A stretch of DNA of 64,000 nt. Origin: Candidatus Latescibacterota bacterium. GTDB lineage: Bacteria; Krumholzibacteriota; Krumholzibacteriia; Krumholzibacteriales; Krumholzibacteriaceae. Under the pieces are notes generated by a model. That model had not been told where the DNA came from and did no database searches. It saw nothing but the letters and a program-made list of their open reading frames with translations. This document shows, in pieces, positions 36,357-46,795 of the stretch; position 1 is the stretch's first letter; each line of letters opens with the position of its first letter. The DNA lies in NCBI GenBank assembly GCA_019038625.1, contig JAHOYU010000077.1:3703-67702 (forward strand), written 5' to 3'. The translations under genes and the position numbers were made by a program.

Positions 36357-37334
36357 TTAACGATTGTAGTTATCATAGTACCTGTCCCTGCTCTTGCGGC
36401 GCAGAACCATACTACGATGGCCGCTATCAAAGTTGTTCAGCATCTTAAGCTTCTTTTCAGCTTCTGAAATAACCCAGGCATAAACCGCTGAGGGCACTGC
36501 GTTCCTGTTCTCCGCGCCCCATTCCTTAGCGAGATTCCAGCGGATACAGGACATCCACTCATCAGGCAGATCAGGAGTATCGCTGCGATTAACAAACGTT
36601 TCTATGGGCATGAGTGCGCTGAACATGATACGCCCGTCAACGTCACTGAGCGGTGGCCAGATATAAAGCCTGCTATTGGTCAGCCTGGGCTGGAAGAAGC
36701 CAACAGACGGGGCAGCAGACGCTTGGCTACGTTGATTGATTGCGAAGAAGCGCTGCCTGGGCCACAGCAGAATAGGTTGTTCGTCTCCACTATTGTTCCG
36801 ATACCGAACATTATCGCGGTCAATATCTATCGGACGCACGATCTTGGTAGTGTAGTTCACAACCGTGTTGTTCTCACTGGCAGCGCCTGTAAGCACATCG
36901 GTTAGCGTAACAACGTTTGCAGATGGTACGCCATCGACAGTCGTGTACTGCATAAACCCTGTATCGAGTTCCACGCCGATATAGTCACCATTGGTTATAT
37001 CATCGTCATCATCGACAGTAATAGTACCGGCGGCTGCCGCTGCATCTGCGGCAAGTTCAGTGCCATACGGAGTGAAAGTAGCGTTGTCGCCACTTGGCCC
37101 CAAAGCATAATACTGGCTATCTTTCTGCGGAAAAAGCGCAATATCTTCTTTCGTCCATATCCCAACGCCCTGCGTCTGCCACTCGCGCATCATCTCATTA
37201 AGCGCACTAAGGGCATCGTTAAACTTCTCAGGCGGTATTCCTTCGCCCGTCTGGTATAAATGCAACAGGCGTGCCGCTCCGCGAATCAAGCCATCCGCAG
37301 TCTGTGTGATTGTCACTACGCCCGACGTTGCCAT
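36357..37334 (-). CDS. structural protein (325 aa), paralog of 35308-36315
   Basis: N-terminus LIRGAARLLHLYQTGEGIPPEKFNDALSALNEMMREW aligns with ELVRASFQQLGVYDAEQPPPANKVNDGIETLNNMLDSW of the neighbour. Confidence 0.5.
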   Translation of the reverse strand: MATSGVVTITQTADGLIRGAARLLHLYQTGEGIPPEKFNDALSALNEMMREWQTQGVGIWTKEDIALFPQKDSQYYALGPSGDNATFTPYGTELAADAAAAAGTITVDDDDDITNGDYIGVELDTGFMQYTTVDGVPSANVVTLTDVLTGAASENNTVVNYTTKIVRPIDIDRDNVRYRNNSGDEQPILLWPRQRFFAINQRSQASAAPSVGFFQPRLTNSRLYIWPPLSDVDGRIMFSALMPIETFVNRSDTPDLPDEWMSCIRWNLAKEWGAENRNAVPSAVYAWVISEAEKKLKMLNNFDSGHRSMVLRRKSRDRYYDNYNR

Positions 37335-37525
37335 AATCAGTAACCTCCGCGCTCCCTGTTCAGCCCGGAATTCATAGACTGAGGATTAGCCACAGAAGCT
37401 TCGCGGATAGTCATACGGCGTTTCTGATTGCTATCCTTTTTAGCGGGCTTCTTCTTACCCTTTGATCTCATGCCTTGAGCGTCCTTCATTTGCTTTTCGC
37501 CTCACTGCAAATAGTTGTGCCCTTA

Positions 37526-39010
37526 TCACAGATCGTCCTGGGTAGGGCTTTCATCGATAAACTCCCAATCGTATTCCGGCCTTGCGATTATATCAACGGC
37601 ATCATCAACCTTAGCCCGTACAAAGTCCTGCGCGTGTCGTGCCTCGTAACAGTTACCGGCTGGCGGCTTGCACACCCACTGGTTCTTCCAGTTCTTACGA
37701 ACTTCGTAGTAGTGAAAATGAAACCCGCAGATTTCGCATGTTACCTTATAGTCGTAGTCTATCGATCCTTGCCCTTCACCAGCATCCACGCCACTTAACT
37801 TCAAACTCGCATCATCCATCTGGATCGTAAGCCCTGAAACCAACTCCAACACGCTTATATCGTCCATCTGAATCGTCAGACTTGTAGAGCCGCTAAAAAT
37901 CACTCCGCCAGAAGCACCGGCCACTATATCCTGCTCATGGTCACCGGCTGCGCTCACGGCAGTTCCAGAAGTCCCAGCCAGAGAGGGCGTAACCGTTCCC
38001 CCGCTAATGCTATCGACCGTAAAGTATAGCCGGTAGGTCTTGCCTTCCACAAAAGCTACTGCCAGATCGCCAGCAACTTGAGAGGCCGTGTCTGGGCCAG
38101 TGGGACTGTAGCCAGTCACCTCTTTGAGTGACGCATTGTCCAGATAGCATGATTGGGTAATGCCAGCCGTGGTATCCTTACGGATACGCAGGACTGGCCC
38201 TTCTCCGACAACCGTGACAGCCGATATGGCAGTAGAATAGGTGCCATTTGCCGACACGTTGGAAAACGATGGCCCGTAGGTGGCCGCGCCCACAATATCC
38301 ATGCGCATTGGCATGGTGCCAGAAAGATTGGATACTTCGATTGTCGCTCTGTAGGTAGTATTGTCCTTGAGTACCGCACTAAAATCAGTGTCTGCTATGC
38401 CCCAGCCGCCAGCACTTGTCGTTTCCTTGATCCACAAAACGCCGGTAGCAGTGGAGAAGTAACCGGTAGTCGGCACCCAATTGCCAGCACCACCAGTGAA
38501 GGTAATGTCGCCGCCAACAAGAAGCTCTGAGCCAAGTATTTCATCACCTGTTCCGGGTGTTCTCGTAAGCTTTCCACCGGCAATAGCCCATTGGCTTTCC
38601 AGCGTCCAACCAGTATCACCTCCCGAAAAGTCTCCGTTAGAAATATGCTCTACTGCCAATGGCGTATCTATAGACCTGGGGCCATCAGATTGGAATCTTA
38701 GGCCATCAGTCACGTCTGTCGGCGTAAAATAAATGGTGTACGTGCCAACTTCGCTCAGTTTTGGCCCTTGGACATTGCCTAACCACGGCCTTACGGTGCC
38801 ACCGGTAATGCTGTCGATGGTAATCACCAAGACGTAGGTTGTACCTATAAGCAGATCATCGGTCAGATCAGCTTCAAGCTGTTCGGCACTATCCTCGCCC
38901 ACGCCGGAAGATGTACGTGTAAGCTTTCCACCGGCAATCCCCCACTGATCTCCGAGAGTCCAGCCGGTAGAAGATGCAAAATCCCCATTCTGTAGCAGTT
39001 CAGCGGCCAC
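37526..39010 (-). CDS. structural protein (494 aa) with an internal duplication and a C-terminal Cys4 zinc-ribbon
   Basis: LQNGDFASSTGWTLGDQWGIAGGKLTRT repeated as ISNGDFSGGDTGWTLESQWAIAGGKLTRT. C-terminal CEICGFH...CKPPAGNC. Shares a domain with the 613-aa protein. Confidence 0.5.
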   Translation of the reverse strand: MAAELLQNGDFASSTGWTLGDQWGIAGGKLTRTSSGVGEDSAEQLEADLTDDLLIGTTYVLVITIDSITGGTVRPWLGNVQGPKLSEVGTYTIYFTPTDVTDGLRFQSDGPRSIDTPLAVEHISNGDFSGGDTGWTLESQWAIAGGKLTRTPGTGDEILGSELLVGGDITFTGGAGNWVPTTGYFSTATGVLWIKETTSAGGWGIADTDFSAVLKDNTTYRATIEVSNLSGTMPMRMDIVGAATYGPSFSNVSANGTYSTAISAVTVVGEGPVLRIRKDTTAGITQSCYLDNASLKEVTGYSPTGPDTASQVAGDLAVAFVEGKTYRLYFTVDSISGGTVTPSLAGTSGTAVSAAGDHEQDIVAGASGGVIFSGSTSLTIQMDDISVLELVSGLTIQMDDASLKLSGVDAGEGQGSIDYDYKVTCEICGFHFHYYEVRKNWKNQWVCKPPAGNCYEARHAQDFVRAKVDDAVDIIARPEYDWEFIDESPTQDDL

Positions 39011-39175
39011 TGGACCAACCCCGGACCCATGCGGTCCAACCCAAAATTTATTAAATCACCGCAACACAATAAGCGCCATAGAGATACGTGGATATCAATT
39101 GAAAATGGCAATAATTTGCATAACAGCTAAATGATTATAACATAGACTGTTGGCCGCCGGACCAACCCGGTCCCG

Positions 39176-40423
39176 TTAATAATCACTGATAGGCGGTAGG
39201 ATTATCATATCCACGCTACCGGCCACGAAGTTTGTAATCTCTGCCCTGACCGCTGCCACCGCACCAACGGAACTACCCCGCTCACTGGCAACCTGCGGGC
39301 CATCAGTCTCAAACCAGCGTGCAGTATCCTCGTTACGCTCACCGTCTATAAGCCGGTCAAGGGTAGATACGAAGTTGTGGGTAAGATCACCATCCGAAGA
39401 ATGCTCGATGGCAAAGGTTATCCCGCTGTCGAAACGTTCCAGCGGTATGGGCGGGCCGTCCATTGAATCCGCGCTGCCAATCTCCACATTATCAGTAACC
39501 GCACCAGAGGCCCGTATGCTGGTTATCGTCCTGAAGTTCTTGGCAGAGGTGGCCGTGCCCGCGTTTGAGCCTGTGACAGCCTCTGAGAGCGCGTTACCGC
39601 GCCGGTCAGTGCCTTCAATGGTCAACGTTATACCACTGTTATCACCCGTACCCTCGATAGTGATATGTCTTGCGGTCAACTCGCAGAGTTCTCCGTTGAA
39701 CACAACGTCACCGGCACCGGACATCACCTGGGATATCGCTATGCCATCGAGTTTATCCACGGTACCGACTGTAAACCCTGAAGCATGGGTAGCGCCATCA
39801 ACAGCAACGCGGTTTACCGTCTTGAACAGCAGTGAACCTGTAACAGTTGCATCGTTCCCACCCGTAATGGCCTCGCTGATCTCGACATCATTGGCATCAC
39901 GGCCATAGACCGTGAACGTATCGCCCGAATCATCACCAGCGTTTGCAATCGCAACTATCTGGGCAACACCAAGATCGCCCACCCCGTACATATTGGCAAC
40001 CTTGGCCGCAGCACCATCGATAGCCAGGTTACGTGCATTAGCCGGAGTCTGCGCCTCACAGGCACCGTCATCATTGGCAACCTGTCCGACTTCCACTTCA
40101 CCAGAGGCTGCGCCATCGATTGAAACACGGGTAACGCTCTTGAACGTCTGGGTTGTATCGCCGGTAGTAGCTGCGGGGCCGGTCATTGATTCTTGAATTG
40201 GACTGCCGTTACTCCCCTCGCCGTAGACAACAAACGTGCGTGCCGACTCGTCTGCCGCGCAGGTAATGCGGATAGCAGCCGCTACGCCGAAGTTTGCTTT
40301 AACGTCAGTGACTACCAGGGCACCGTTAAGCAGCAAATCTGCGGCAGCACCGGTTGTCTGATCCGCGCAAACTCCGTTTGCATCCAGCGAGGACAGGGCA
40401 AGTGTAATCTTCTTCTGACGCAT
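39176..40423 (-). CDS. structural protein (415 aa) built from about four copies of a 50-aa module
   Basis: The module TF.VYG...G..I.E..TG.....T...FKTV..V..DGA recurs about four times. The same module appears once in 35308-36315 and once in 41483-42781. Confidence 0.5.
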   Translation of the reverse strand: MRQKKITLALSSLDANGVCADQTTGAAADLLLNGALVVTDVKANFGVAAAIRITCAADESARTFVVYGEGSNGSPIQESMTGPAATTGDTTQTFKSVTRVSIDGAASGEVEVGQVANDDGACEAQTPANARNLAIDGAAAKVANMYGVGDLGVAQIVAIANAGDDSGDTFTVYGRDANDVEISEAITGGNDATVTGSLLFKTVNRVAVDGATHASGFTVGTVDKLDGIAISQVMSGAGDVVFNGELCELTARHITIEGTGDNSGITLTIEGTDRRGNALSEAVTGSNAGTATSAKNFRTITSIRASGAVTDNVEIGSADSMDGPPIPLERFDSGITFAIEHSSDGDLTHNFVSTLDRLIDGERNEDTARWFETDGPQVASERGSSVGAVAAVRAEITNFVAGSVDMIILPPISDY

Positions 40424-40533
40424 TGCATGTTCTCCTCATTTTACAGAAATATCCTTAATCATTGTGTTTTCTCCACACGAGTTTAGAAAAGCCGGGGCTA
40501 TAAAAGCCCCCGGCCACAGAGAATAAATTACGA

Positions 40534-41439
40534 TCAAGGAACTGCGCCAGCAGCAGGATTAAGCACACCGCTAAGATTGATCACATGAGAGGCGAAGTTC
40601 TGACACACGAAAAAATCATTCGTGGCCGCAAGTGGTGCAGCGGTGTTCAAAGGACATTGTAAGTAGTTGTCGTAAATCGCTCCAGTTGCAGAGCTATCCG
40701 ACTTGATGCCCAGTACCAGACCGGCATCCAAATCGATATTTACGATGCGGTTGTTGTGTATCCGAATATTGGTCGAGTTGCCTGTAAGATGATCGATGAC
40801 CGATGCCGAGCAATCAACATGCCACTTGTTGTTTCTGATAATGCAGGTGTCGCTGGTTCCGGTAAAAAAGATCGAACTGGTCATCGCACCAGCGCCAGTA
40901 ATAAAGTCACAGCCCTCGATAATCACATTGGCGATAGTGGTAGCGATATCGACATGCTTCTTAAAGTCCAAAGCCGCCGTATCCCTGAACACACAGTTAC
41001 GGATAACCGTTCCATCAGCAGCGGCAGCAAGATCAATTGCCTGCACGCAGTCCGCAATACCAGACGCGAACTTCAGGTTCTCAAGCACCGTATTAGCCAC
41101 GGTAATCATCACCGCGCCAGCGGTGGCAGTCGATGTAAATGTGGGAACCCTGTTGCCCTGGCCAAGACCCCTGATGGTCAAATTGGCAACATCAACGGCA
41201 AAGATAGCCGCAGTAGACAGGTTCTCGGTATGGCCAGCCGCAATCAGAATCGTATCACCAGCCGTAGCCTTGCCGATAGCAATGTCGATTGTAGCATAGG
41301 GGTTGTCTTTCGTACCCCTTCGGGTAGTACCGCTATTCGCATCAACCCAGATCACCTTATTCCCAGAGCCGGGTATTTGATTCATGGGAAGCTCTTTTAC
41401 CGCAGCATCCCCGCTTATTACACTTGGGAAACTACTCAT
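40534..41439 (-). CDS. right-handed beta-helix (pectate-lyase-like) protein, candidate spike or depolymerase (301 aa)
   Basis: NLTIRGLG...TVIRNCVFRDTAALDFKKHVDIATTIANVIIEGCDF... shows typical parallel beta-helix rungs. The C-terminal about 250 aa are paralogous to 41483-42781. Confidence 0.55.
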   Translation of the reverse strand: MSSFPSVISGDAAVKELPMNQIPGSGNKVIWVDANSGTTRRGTKDNPYATIDIAIGKATAGDTILIAAGHTENLSTAAIFAVDVANLTIRGLGQGNRVPTFTSTATAGAVMITVANTVLENLKFASGIADCVQAIDLAAAADGTVIRNCVFRDTAALDFKKHVDIATTIANVIIEGCDFITGAGAMTSSIFFTGTSDTCIIRNNKWHVDCSASVIDHLTGNSTNIRIHNNRIVNIDLDAGLVLGIKSDSSATGAIYDNYLQCPLNTAAPLAATNDFFVCQNFASHVINLSGVLNPAAGAVP

Positions 41440-41482
41440 TTTTCACATCTCCCTTAGGCTTAGTAGCCTAAACTGCGATAAG

Positions 41483-42781
41483 TTAGATAGTATCAGCGCC
41501 AGGCTCTAACACACCACTGACATTGATAGTGTTGGAGGCATAGTTCTCGGACGTATAGTAATCAGCCGTAACGGCAATAGGTTCGGCATCAGTTTTGGGC
41601 GACAAGCAGTAGTTATCGTAGACCAATCCCGTTCCGTCACCGGAAGAATCAAGGCCAAGTACCAGGCCGGCCCCAGTGTCGATATTAATTATTCGATTAC
41701 CGTAAATCGCAATATCGAGCGGATCGTCAGCCAAGTGGTCAATGACACCAGCCGAACAGTCAACATGCCAGAAGTTATTACGGATAATGCAGTAAGAACT
41801 CGTCCCGGCGAAATCAACAGATTCTGTCATCCCACCGGCAGCGGTAGTAAAATCACAGCCCTCAATAATGAGATCGGTAACAGTTGTGGCGATATCAATG
41901 TGTTGCAAAAAGTCCAGGGCCGCACTTGAATCTCTGAACACACAGTTACGGATAACAGTACCGTCTGCGGCGGCGGAAAGATCAATCGCGTTTGCGCAAT
42001 CAGTGATGTTGGACACGAACTTCAAGTTCTGAAGTGTCGTATTCGCGGCTGTAATCATCACCGCGCTAAGTTGTGCGGTGGTGGTAAATGTCGGTATCCT
42101 CTGGTTTTCACCCATACCTTTGATGGTCAACCCTGCGGTACTCACGTTAAAACCTACCGCAGTGACATACGCACCGTTCATCGGTATGTAAAGTGTGCTC
42201 GGAGTGGCGGCAGTAGTGCAGATGCCGTCAGGATCAGCGACCGTCCCGATAGTAATATTGCCAGAAGTCGCGCTGCCAACATAGACCGATGTAACGGTCT
42301 TGAATTTTTGGGTGGTATAGACGGTGCCAGAGGACGCGGGGCCAACTCGCGCCTCGCTAACAGGTTGGCCCCTGCCATTCGTACCGGTGATGGTAAAGGT
42401 GTCGCCAGAATCGTTTTGATCACTTGTGATCCCTACGACACATTCAGTCGCCAGCGTTGCCACTACCGTAAGATTCTCGGTATGCCCGGCTGCAATCATT
42501 ATCGTATCGCCGGTCTTGGCCGCAGCGATGGCCGCAGCTACAGTAGCATACGGTCTAACGTATGTCCCGTCACCGCCCTTAGCAGCGTTAACGTCAACCC
42601 ATAGAACTTTCTCTACCGGGCCGACAAGAGGCTGAATGGGCATGTTCAGAATCGACACGCCGTCACTAAAGCCTTCTGGGTAATTTGAACTATACATTAT
42701 TTCTCCTACGGACGCTCGTAGCGCCCCTTCGGGATAACCCGTAGTTCGTGATTGAAAGCTAATGGTACGGCAGCCGGTCAA
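41483..42781 (-). CDS. right-handed beta-helix protein, paralog of 40534-41439, with an extra N-terminal module (432 aa)
   Basis: The C-terminal domain aligns with the 301-aa neighbour (TVIRNCVFRDSSAALDFLQHIDIATTVTDLIIEGCDF). The N-terminal part carries the FKTVTSV module. Confidence 0.55.
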   Translation of the reverse strand: MTGCRTISFQSRTTGYPEGALRASVGEIMYSSNYPEGFSDGVSILNMPIQPLVGPVEKVLWVDVNAAKGGDGTYVRPYATVAAAIAAAKTGDTIMIAAGHTENLTVVATLATECVVGITSDQNDSGDTFTITGTNGRGQPVSEARVGPASSGTVYTTQKFKTVTSVYVGSATSGNITIGTVADPDGICTTAATPSTLYIPMNGAYVTAVGFNVSTAGLTIKGMGENQRIPTFTTTAQLSAVMITAANTTLQNLKFVSNITDCANAIDLSAAADGTVIRNCVFRDSSAALDFLQHIDIATTVTDLIIEGCDFTTAAGGMTESVDFAGTSSYCIIRNNFWHVDCSAGVIDHLADDPLDIAIYGNRIINIDTGAGLVLGLDSSGDGTGLVYDNYCLSPKTDAEPIAVTADYYTSENYASNTINVSGVLEPGADTI

Positions 42782-42862
42782 TGACCGACCACCGTACCCG
42801 TAGCAAAATATTTATCGCCCGTTATCGGACGGCTAAACCGCGTAAGTCCTTATTGGGTAGGC

Positions 42863-43792
42863 TCATCCCCCTTCAGAGCCAAAAACGCCTTTTGCGTCCG
42901 TCCAGCCAAAAGAGCAACGGAAATATCCGCTGAACTTGGCGTTTTTGGTATCGAAATCGTCGTCTTGCTCGAACTTGTCAGGGTCACGATCAAAATACTT
43001 CAGACCGTCCGGGCAGTCGGTGATGATAAACCACGCATCGGCATCGGTGAAGTAATGGTTGATAGTGTACCCTTCGGGGAACGTGCCCAGGTTACGCAGA
43101 GCGTTAATGTCGTTATTGGCCGTACCAACACGCAGCGGAGATTTAAGAATCCTCTCCGCCTCGTACTTCAATTGGCGCGGGATGGCCAGCTTGCGCGGCA
43201 TAACCTTGATCTTCAGCCCACGGTCATTAGTCCAGCCAGCAATGTCGATATCTGCCTGTTCCAATGCCTTTTCGCTGAGATCGGATGGGGTTTCGAGTTC
43301 GTTCCGGTATGTCCCGCCGTAACCACCTTGGTTCGGGTGAACAGACGAGAACATTTCCAGGCCGTCAGCGCCGGTGTACGCAGAGTTGAAGCCACGGTTG
43401 AAGACATTTGCGGCCACATGCTCTTTCGTCTGGCGAAGACTGTAGGCCAGAGCACGCGGTTTGCGCAGCATCTGGTTGGTGATGCGGTACTGGCTGTCAC
43501 GCCACATCTCCCAGGAGACAATAAATCCGAGGGCGTATGCAATGTGCGCGTACCGCTGGACAAAACCCTGACTCATTGAGTCGTAGGTAATGCCCTTGTT
43601 CTCAGGCTTGATCGGAGCGAGTCCGAGAGATGTCAGGCCGACATCTTCCTCGTAAGCCTTATCCGAGGAGTTGTAGGAAAAGAGTTCGGTGTATTCCTCC
43701 GGGTATTTCTTGTACTCCGCTGCATAAGTGGAGTTCATTCCCGGCCACAGGAATTTACCGAACCCTCCGCGAGTTATTACGCCTGCTGCCAT
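42863..43792 (-). CDS. putative major capsid protein (309 aa)
   Basis: Assigned by position (after scaffold-like proteins, before the spike and tail genes) and size. No diagnostic motif recognised. Confidence 0.4.
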   Translation of the reverse strand: MAAGVITRGGFGKFLWPGMNSTYAAEYKKYPEEYTELFSYNSSDKAYEEDVGLTSLGLAPIKPENKGITYDSMSQGFVQRYAHIAYALGFIVSWEMWRDSQYRITNQMLRKPRALAYSLRQTKEHVAANVFNRGFNSAYTGADGLEMFSSVHPNQGGYGGTYRNELETPSDLSEKALEQADIDIAGWTNDRGLKIKVMPRKLAIPRQLKYEAERILKSPLRVGTANNDINALRNLGTFPEGYTINHYFTDADAWFIITDCPDGLKYFDRDPDKFEQDDDFDTKNAKFSGYFRCSFGWTDAKGVFGSEGG

Positions 43793-43849
43793 GTTGGTAA
43801 CCTCGTTTTGGTTTCGTTAAAAGCAAACGCTAATAGCATACTGTCGCTA

Positions 43850-44446
43850 TCAGGCATGCACTCCTGTCGAACCGGTTGACCCGGTAGTGTCCGCACCATG
43901 ACCGTACTGGTGGATGTTAAATCCGACAAGAAGATCGGCGTTTGCACCGAGTTCATTGTCGGCCCTGTCCTCTACTTCCAAGATGAAGAAAATCAGGGTG
44001 TTGGTGGTATTGACCGTACTCTGGTCGATTTCCATGCCAGATGCGCCGGAATCGGTATCGACTCCAGCCGCTACCAAATCCGCATTGGCCCCCACATCTC
44101 CATCTTCTACTGTTCCGCTTGACTGAACCCGCATAACCAAATTCGGGTCCATGCAAACAAGCACGTATGCGCCTGTCGAAGCAGGCAGATACGTTGGATC
44201 GAGAATGCCGTCTTCCCATCGTTCAATACTGGTGATAACCCCGCAAGGGCAATCACCAGCATCCGAATCGGTGACATTGGGGACATTCTTGCTGGCCCCA
44301 TTGGCAAGCAGTTTGACAATATCGCCAACTGCCAGTGCCTTGTCCTGCCCGGACGGCACATAGCACCGCCTGGACTCACCGTTGTAGGATGCTCCACTGA
44401 GAAAACCGACAGGCTCGAAACCGCGAACCCTGTCTACGTTAGCCAT
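43850..44446 (-). CDS. head-associated protein (198 aa), possible decoration or minor capsid protein
   Basis: Gly/Asp-rich ORF between the scaffold-like genes and the putative capsid gene. Confidence 0.4.
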   Translation of the reverse strand: MANVDRVRGFEPVGFLSGASYNGESRRCYVPSGQDKALAVGDIVKLLANGASKNVPNVTDSDAGDCPCGVITSIERWEDGILDPTYLPASTGAYVLVCMDPNLVMRVQSSGTVEDGDVGANADLVAAGVDTDSGASGMEIDQSTVNTTNTLIFFILEVEDRADNELGANADLLVGFNIHQYGHGADTTGSTGSTGVHA

Positions 44447-44470
44447 TGTAAGAAACTCCCGTTACAAACA

Positions 44471-45484
44471 TTAACGGTAAGCCTCGGCCTCTTGTTTGCC
44501 TACACTCAGGCCAGCGGGTGTTCCTGGCGCACCAGGGAGATTAACCGCAGCCCCCAGACCTTCCGGGGGAGTGGCCAGCATCTGCTCCAGCCTGTTAATC
44601 TCTTCCTGTTTCTGCGCCTTGCGTTCAAGGAACATTGCTTCAGGAATCTCCACCAGATAACCGCGCGTGGAAGCACCACCCTCATCAGTACCTACATGAC
44701 GACTAACGGCGCTACCCATTTGCGAAGCCGAACTCGCATCTCCGTCTGATTCGACTTTTGAACCATCGGCAACCAAGTTCCAGCCATCTTCGATGAAGCT
44801 CTTGATTCGTTCCCCGCCCGCAATATCACTAACACACCGCCTCCGATAGCCGGGGCGTTGTGGAAACGTCAGTACACCGCGAGTAGTAAGGCTTTTTCTT
44901 ACCGGCCTGTTGCCGGGAAGCCCTTCCCTGCGCACATGCTGACGTTCCGTTGATTGATCGCCACCTTCCTGTAACCTGGCAAGCTCATCACGCGCTGCGG
45001 CAAGCCTACGCTCTACCGCAAGGCGCTTCTCTACCCGTCCAAGTTCTGCTTCAGCCGTTGCCAATTCATCGTCTTCTGACGATAAGGCAGCCGACTGTCG
45101 CATGGTCTGAGGTGGCTGTTCCCCGCCGTTGTTGGTAGGTGATTGCTTTTGTTCCCCGCCGTTATCGGCAGGCAATTGCTCTTGTTCGGCATGTCCGGTA
45201 GCAGGATTGGGATTGCTCTCAGGCTGCCCGGAAGTGTCATCGGCTTGCGCGCCAGGGCCGTCATCGCCCAGAATTTTCAGCGCCCATAGCCCGTCACCAA
45301 CCTGGACGGCTACAGTATCAATCCCATCATTTGCTTTCAACATCTTCCTGCGTGTCCCGGTTGCAGACTGTTTGGTGTAAGGCTTGCCATCCGGCCTGTA
45401 AAACACGCCCTGCTTCTCATCGTACCCTTTTGGGTACACTTTTTTAACGACACTTTTGGTCGCACCTTCTCTGATACTCGTCAT
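44471..45484 (-). CDS. head morphogenesis protein (337 aa) with a disordered central region and a coiled coil
   Basis: Low-complexity Q/E/P/G-rich middle and a coiled-coil segment; location within the head module. Confidence 0.4.
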   Translation of the reverse strand: MTSIREGATKSVVKKVYPKGYDEKQGVFYRPDGKPYTKQSATGTRRKMLKANDGIDTVAVQVGDGLWALKILGDDGPGAQADDTSGQPESNPNPATGHAEQEQLPADNGGEQKQSPTNNGGEQPPQTMRQSAALSSEDDELATAEAELGRVEKRLAVERRLAAARDELARLQEGGDQSTERQHVRREGLPGNRPVRKSLTTRGVLTFPQRPGYRRRCVSDIAGGERIKSFIEDGWNLVADGSKVESDGDASSASQMGSAVSRHVGTDEGGASTRGYLVEIPEAMFLERKAQKQEEINRLEQMLATPPEGLGAAVNLPGAPGTPAGLSVGKQEAEAYR

Positions 45485-45513
45485 TGTATTGTCACTCCAT
45501 AAAGGAATTCGTT

Positions 45514-46326
45514 TTAGTAACCAACGTCAGAATACTCTTCTTCCTGCTGCTGCATCGACTTCAGGTAATCGGCCTGCGTACCCATCTTGGCCGCTACAAA
45601 ACTATCGCAGGCGGATTTACCAGCAGGCGGAAGATTTGCGTAAGTAAGTTTCCCACCGCCACCTCCAACACCACCGCCACCTCCGGCCTCGGCATCAGAA
45701 ATTTGTTCTTGCTCGTTCCCACCGCCCTTGGACTTGTAGTAATCGGGATACGCGCCTCTCATGTGCGTATCCACGAAGGCAAGCTTCTCGGCCAATGAAA
45801 GATCGTCATTGAGGCTTTGGTGAAATCTATCCGCTTCGGCTGTCATCTCCGGGTTTGTCTCATACCAATCCTTGTTATTCTCATGCCAGCCCAGAAAGAC
45901 AGGGCTTTCCGTGCCACCACTGCCCTCTGCCGTCTTTGCTACTTCACGGTGCTTCTCTTCCAGGCCGTCAAGTTCCTTGCTTATCTGATCGTACTTGTCG
46001 GTATCACCGTCTTCAACCGCTGTGCGCTGCTGCTCTTTCAGCCTGTCCTTGAGCGCGGTTATCTCGGCCATAGTCTCCTGCTGGTGGCGAAGCTCCATAC
46101 TGTCGAACTTCTTGTTAAGCTTCGACAACTGGCCTTCAAGCGACCTGTTGGCGACCTTCTGGTTGTTGATCACCTTTTTACTATCCCGCATGTATTCAGC
46201 CGCAGGTTTGTGCTTTCCGGCATCGCCTTTCCATTGGTCTTCAGGAACCCACCCTGCATCCGAGGCGAGTTTCTCAACGACCTCTGTTTGTTCTGCCGTT
46301 AGATTATCGAAATCAACTGGACTCAT
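45514..46326 (-). CDS. scaffolding-like protein (270 aa, acidic, coiled-coil, Gly-rich C-terminus)
   Basis: Composition and position downstream of the portal gene. Confidence 0.45.
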   Translation of the reverse strand: MSPVDFDNLTAEQTEVVEKLASDAGWVPEDQWKGDAGKHKPAAEYMRDSKKVINNQKVANRSLEGQLSKLNKKFDSMELRHQQETMAEITALKDRLKEQQRTAVEDGDTDKYDQISKELDGLEEKHREVAKTAEGSGGTESPVFLGWHENNKDWYETNPEMTAEADRFHQSLNDDLSLAEKLAFVDTHMRGAYPDYYKSKGGGNEQEQISDAEAGGGGGVGGGGGKLTYANLPPAGKSACDSFVAAKMGTQADYLKSMQQQEEEYSDVGY

Positions 46327-46351
46327 CGTCTTGTAACCCCTCTTAGGTTAG

Positions 46352-46795
46352 TTAGAACTGCTTCCCATGATTGTAGTAAATATCTACATCGTTTACCACG
46401 CGCCATTTGCACTTTTCGTCAAGCTGTACTTCAACTCCTGAATGGCGCACGAAATCAACCAAATCTCCAATCTCCGCCCACGGAGTGCCGCCCGGCTGGT
46501 CGGCCCAGGCACAGGCTCCTATTTCCCTGATAATGCCTTTCTCGCAAGCCTGCTGGTGTGCGTCTTTGACGGTATCGGGAATCTCGATCAGACTCTTTGA
46601 CCTGTCCATACCCATTGACTTATACAGAAAAGTCTTAAAATCAACGGGTTCGATCAGCACCCTTGTACCGGCTGGCCCCTTGTACTGGCTTACGGGCTTC
46701 TGGGCCGTCTTTATGCGCGGCCCAAGGGCGGCAGGGGGGTAATCTCCAACAAATCCATCAGCTATAATATTCTTCTCCGTTGCACCCATCTTCAA
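46352..46795 (-). CDS. hypothetical head-module protein (147 aa)
   Basis: ORF with RBS. Confidence 0.4.
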   Translation of the reverse strand: MKMGATEKNIIADGFVGDYPPAALGPRIKTAQKPVSQYKGPAGTRVLIEPVDFKTFLYKSMGMDRSKSLIEIPDTVKDAHQQACEKGIIREIGACAWADQPGGTPWAEIGDLVDFVRHSGVEVQLDEKCKWRVVNDVDIYYNHGKQF

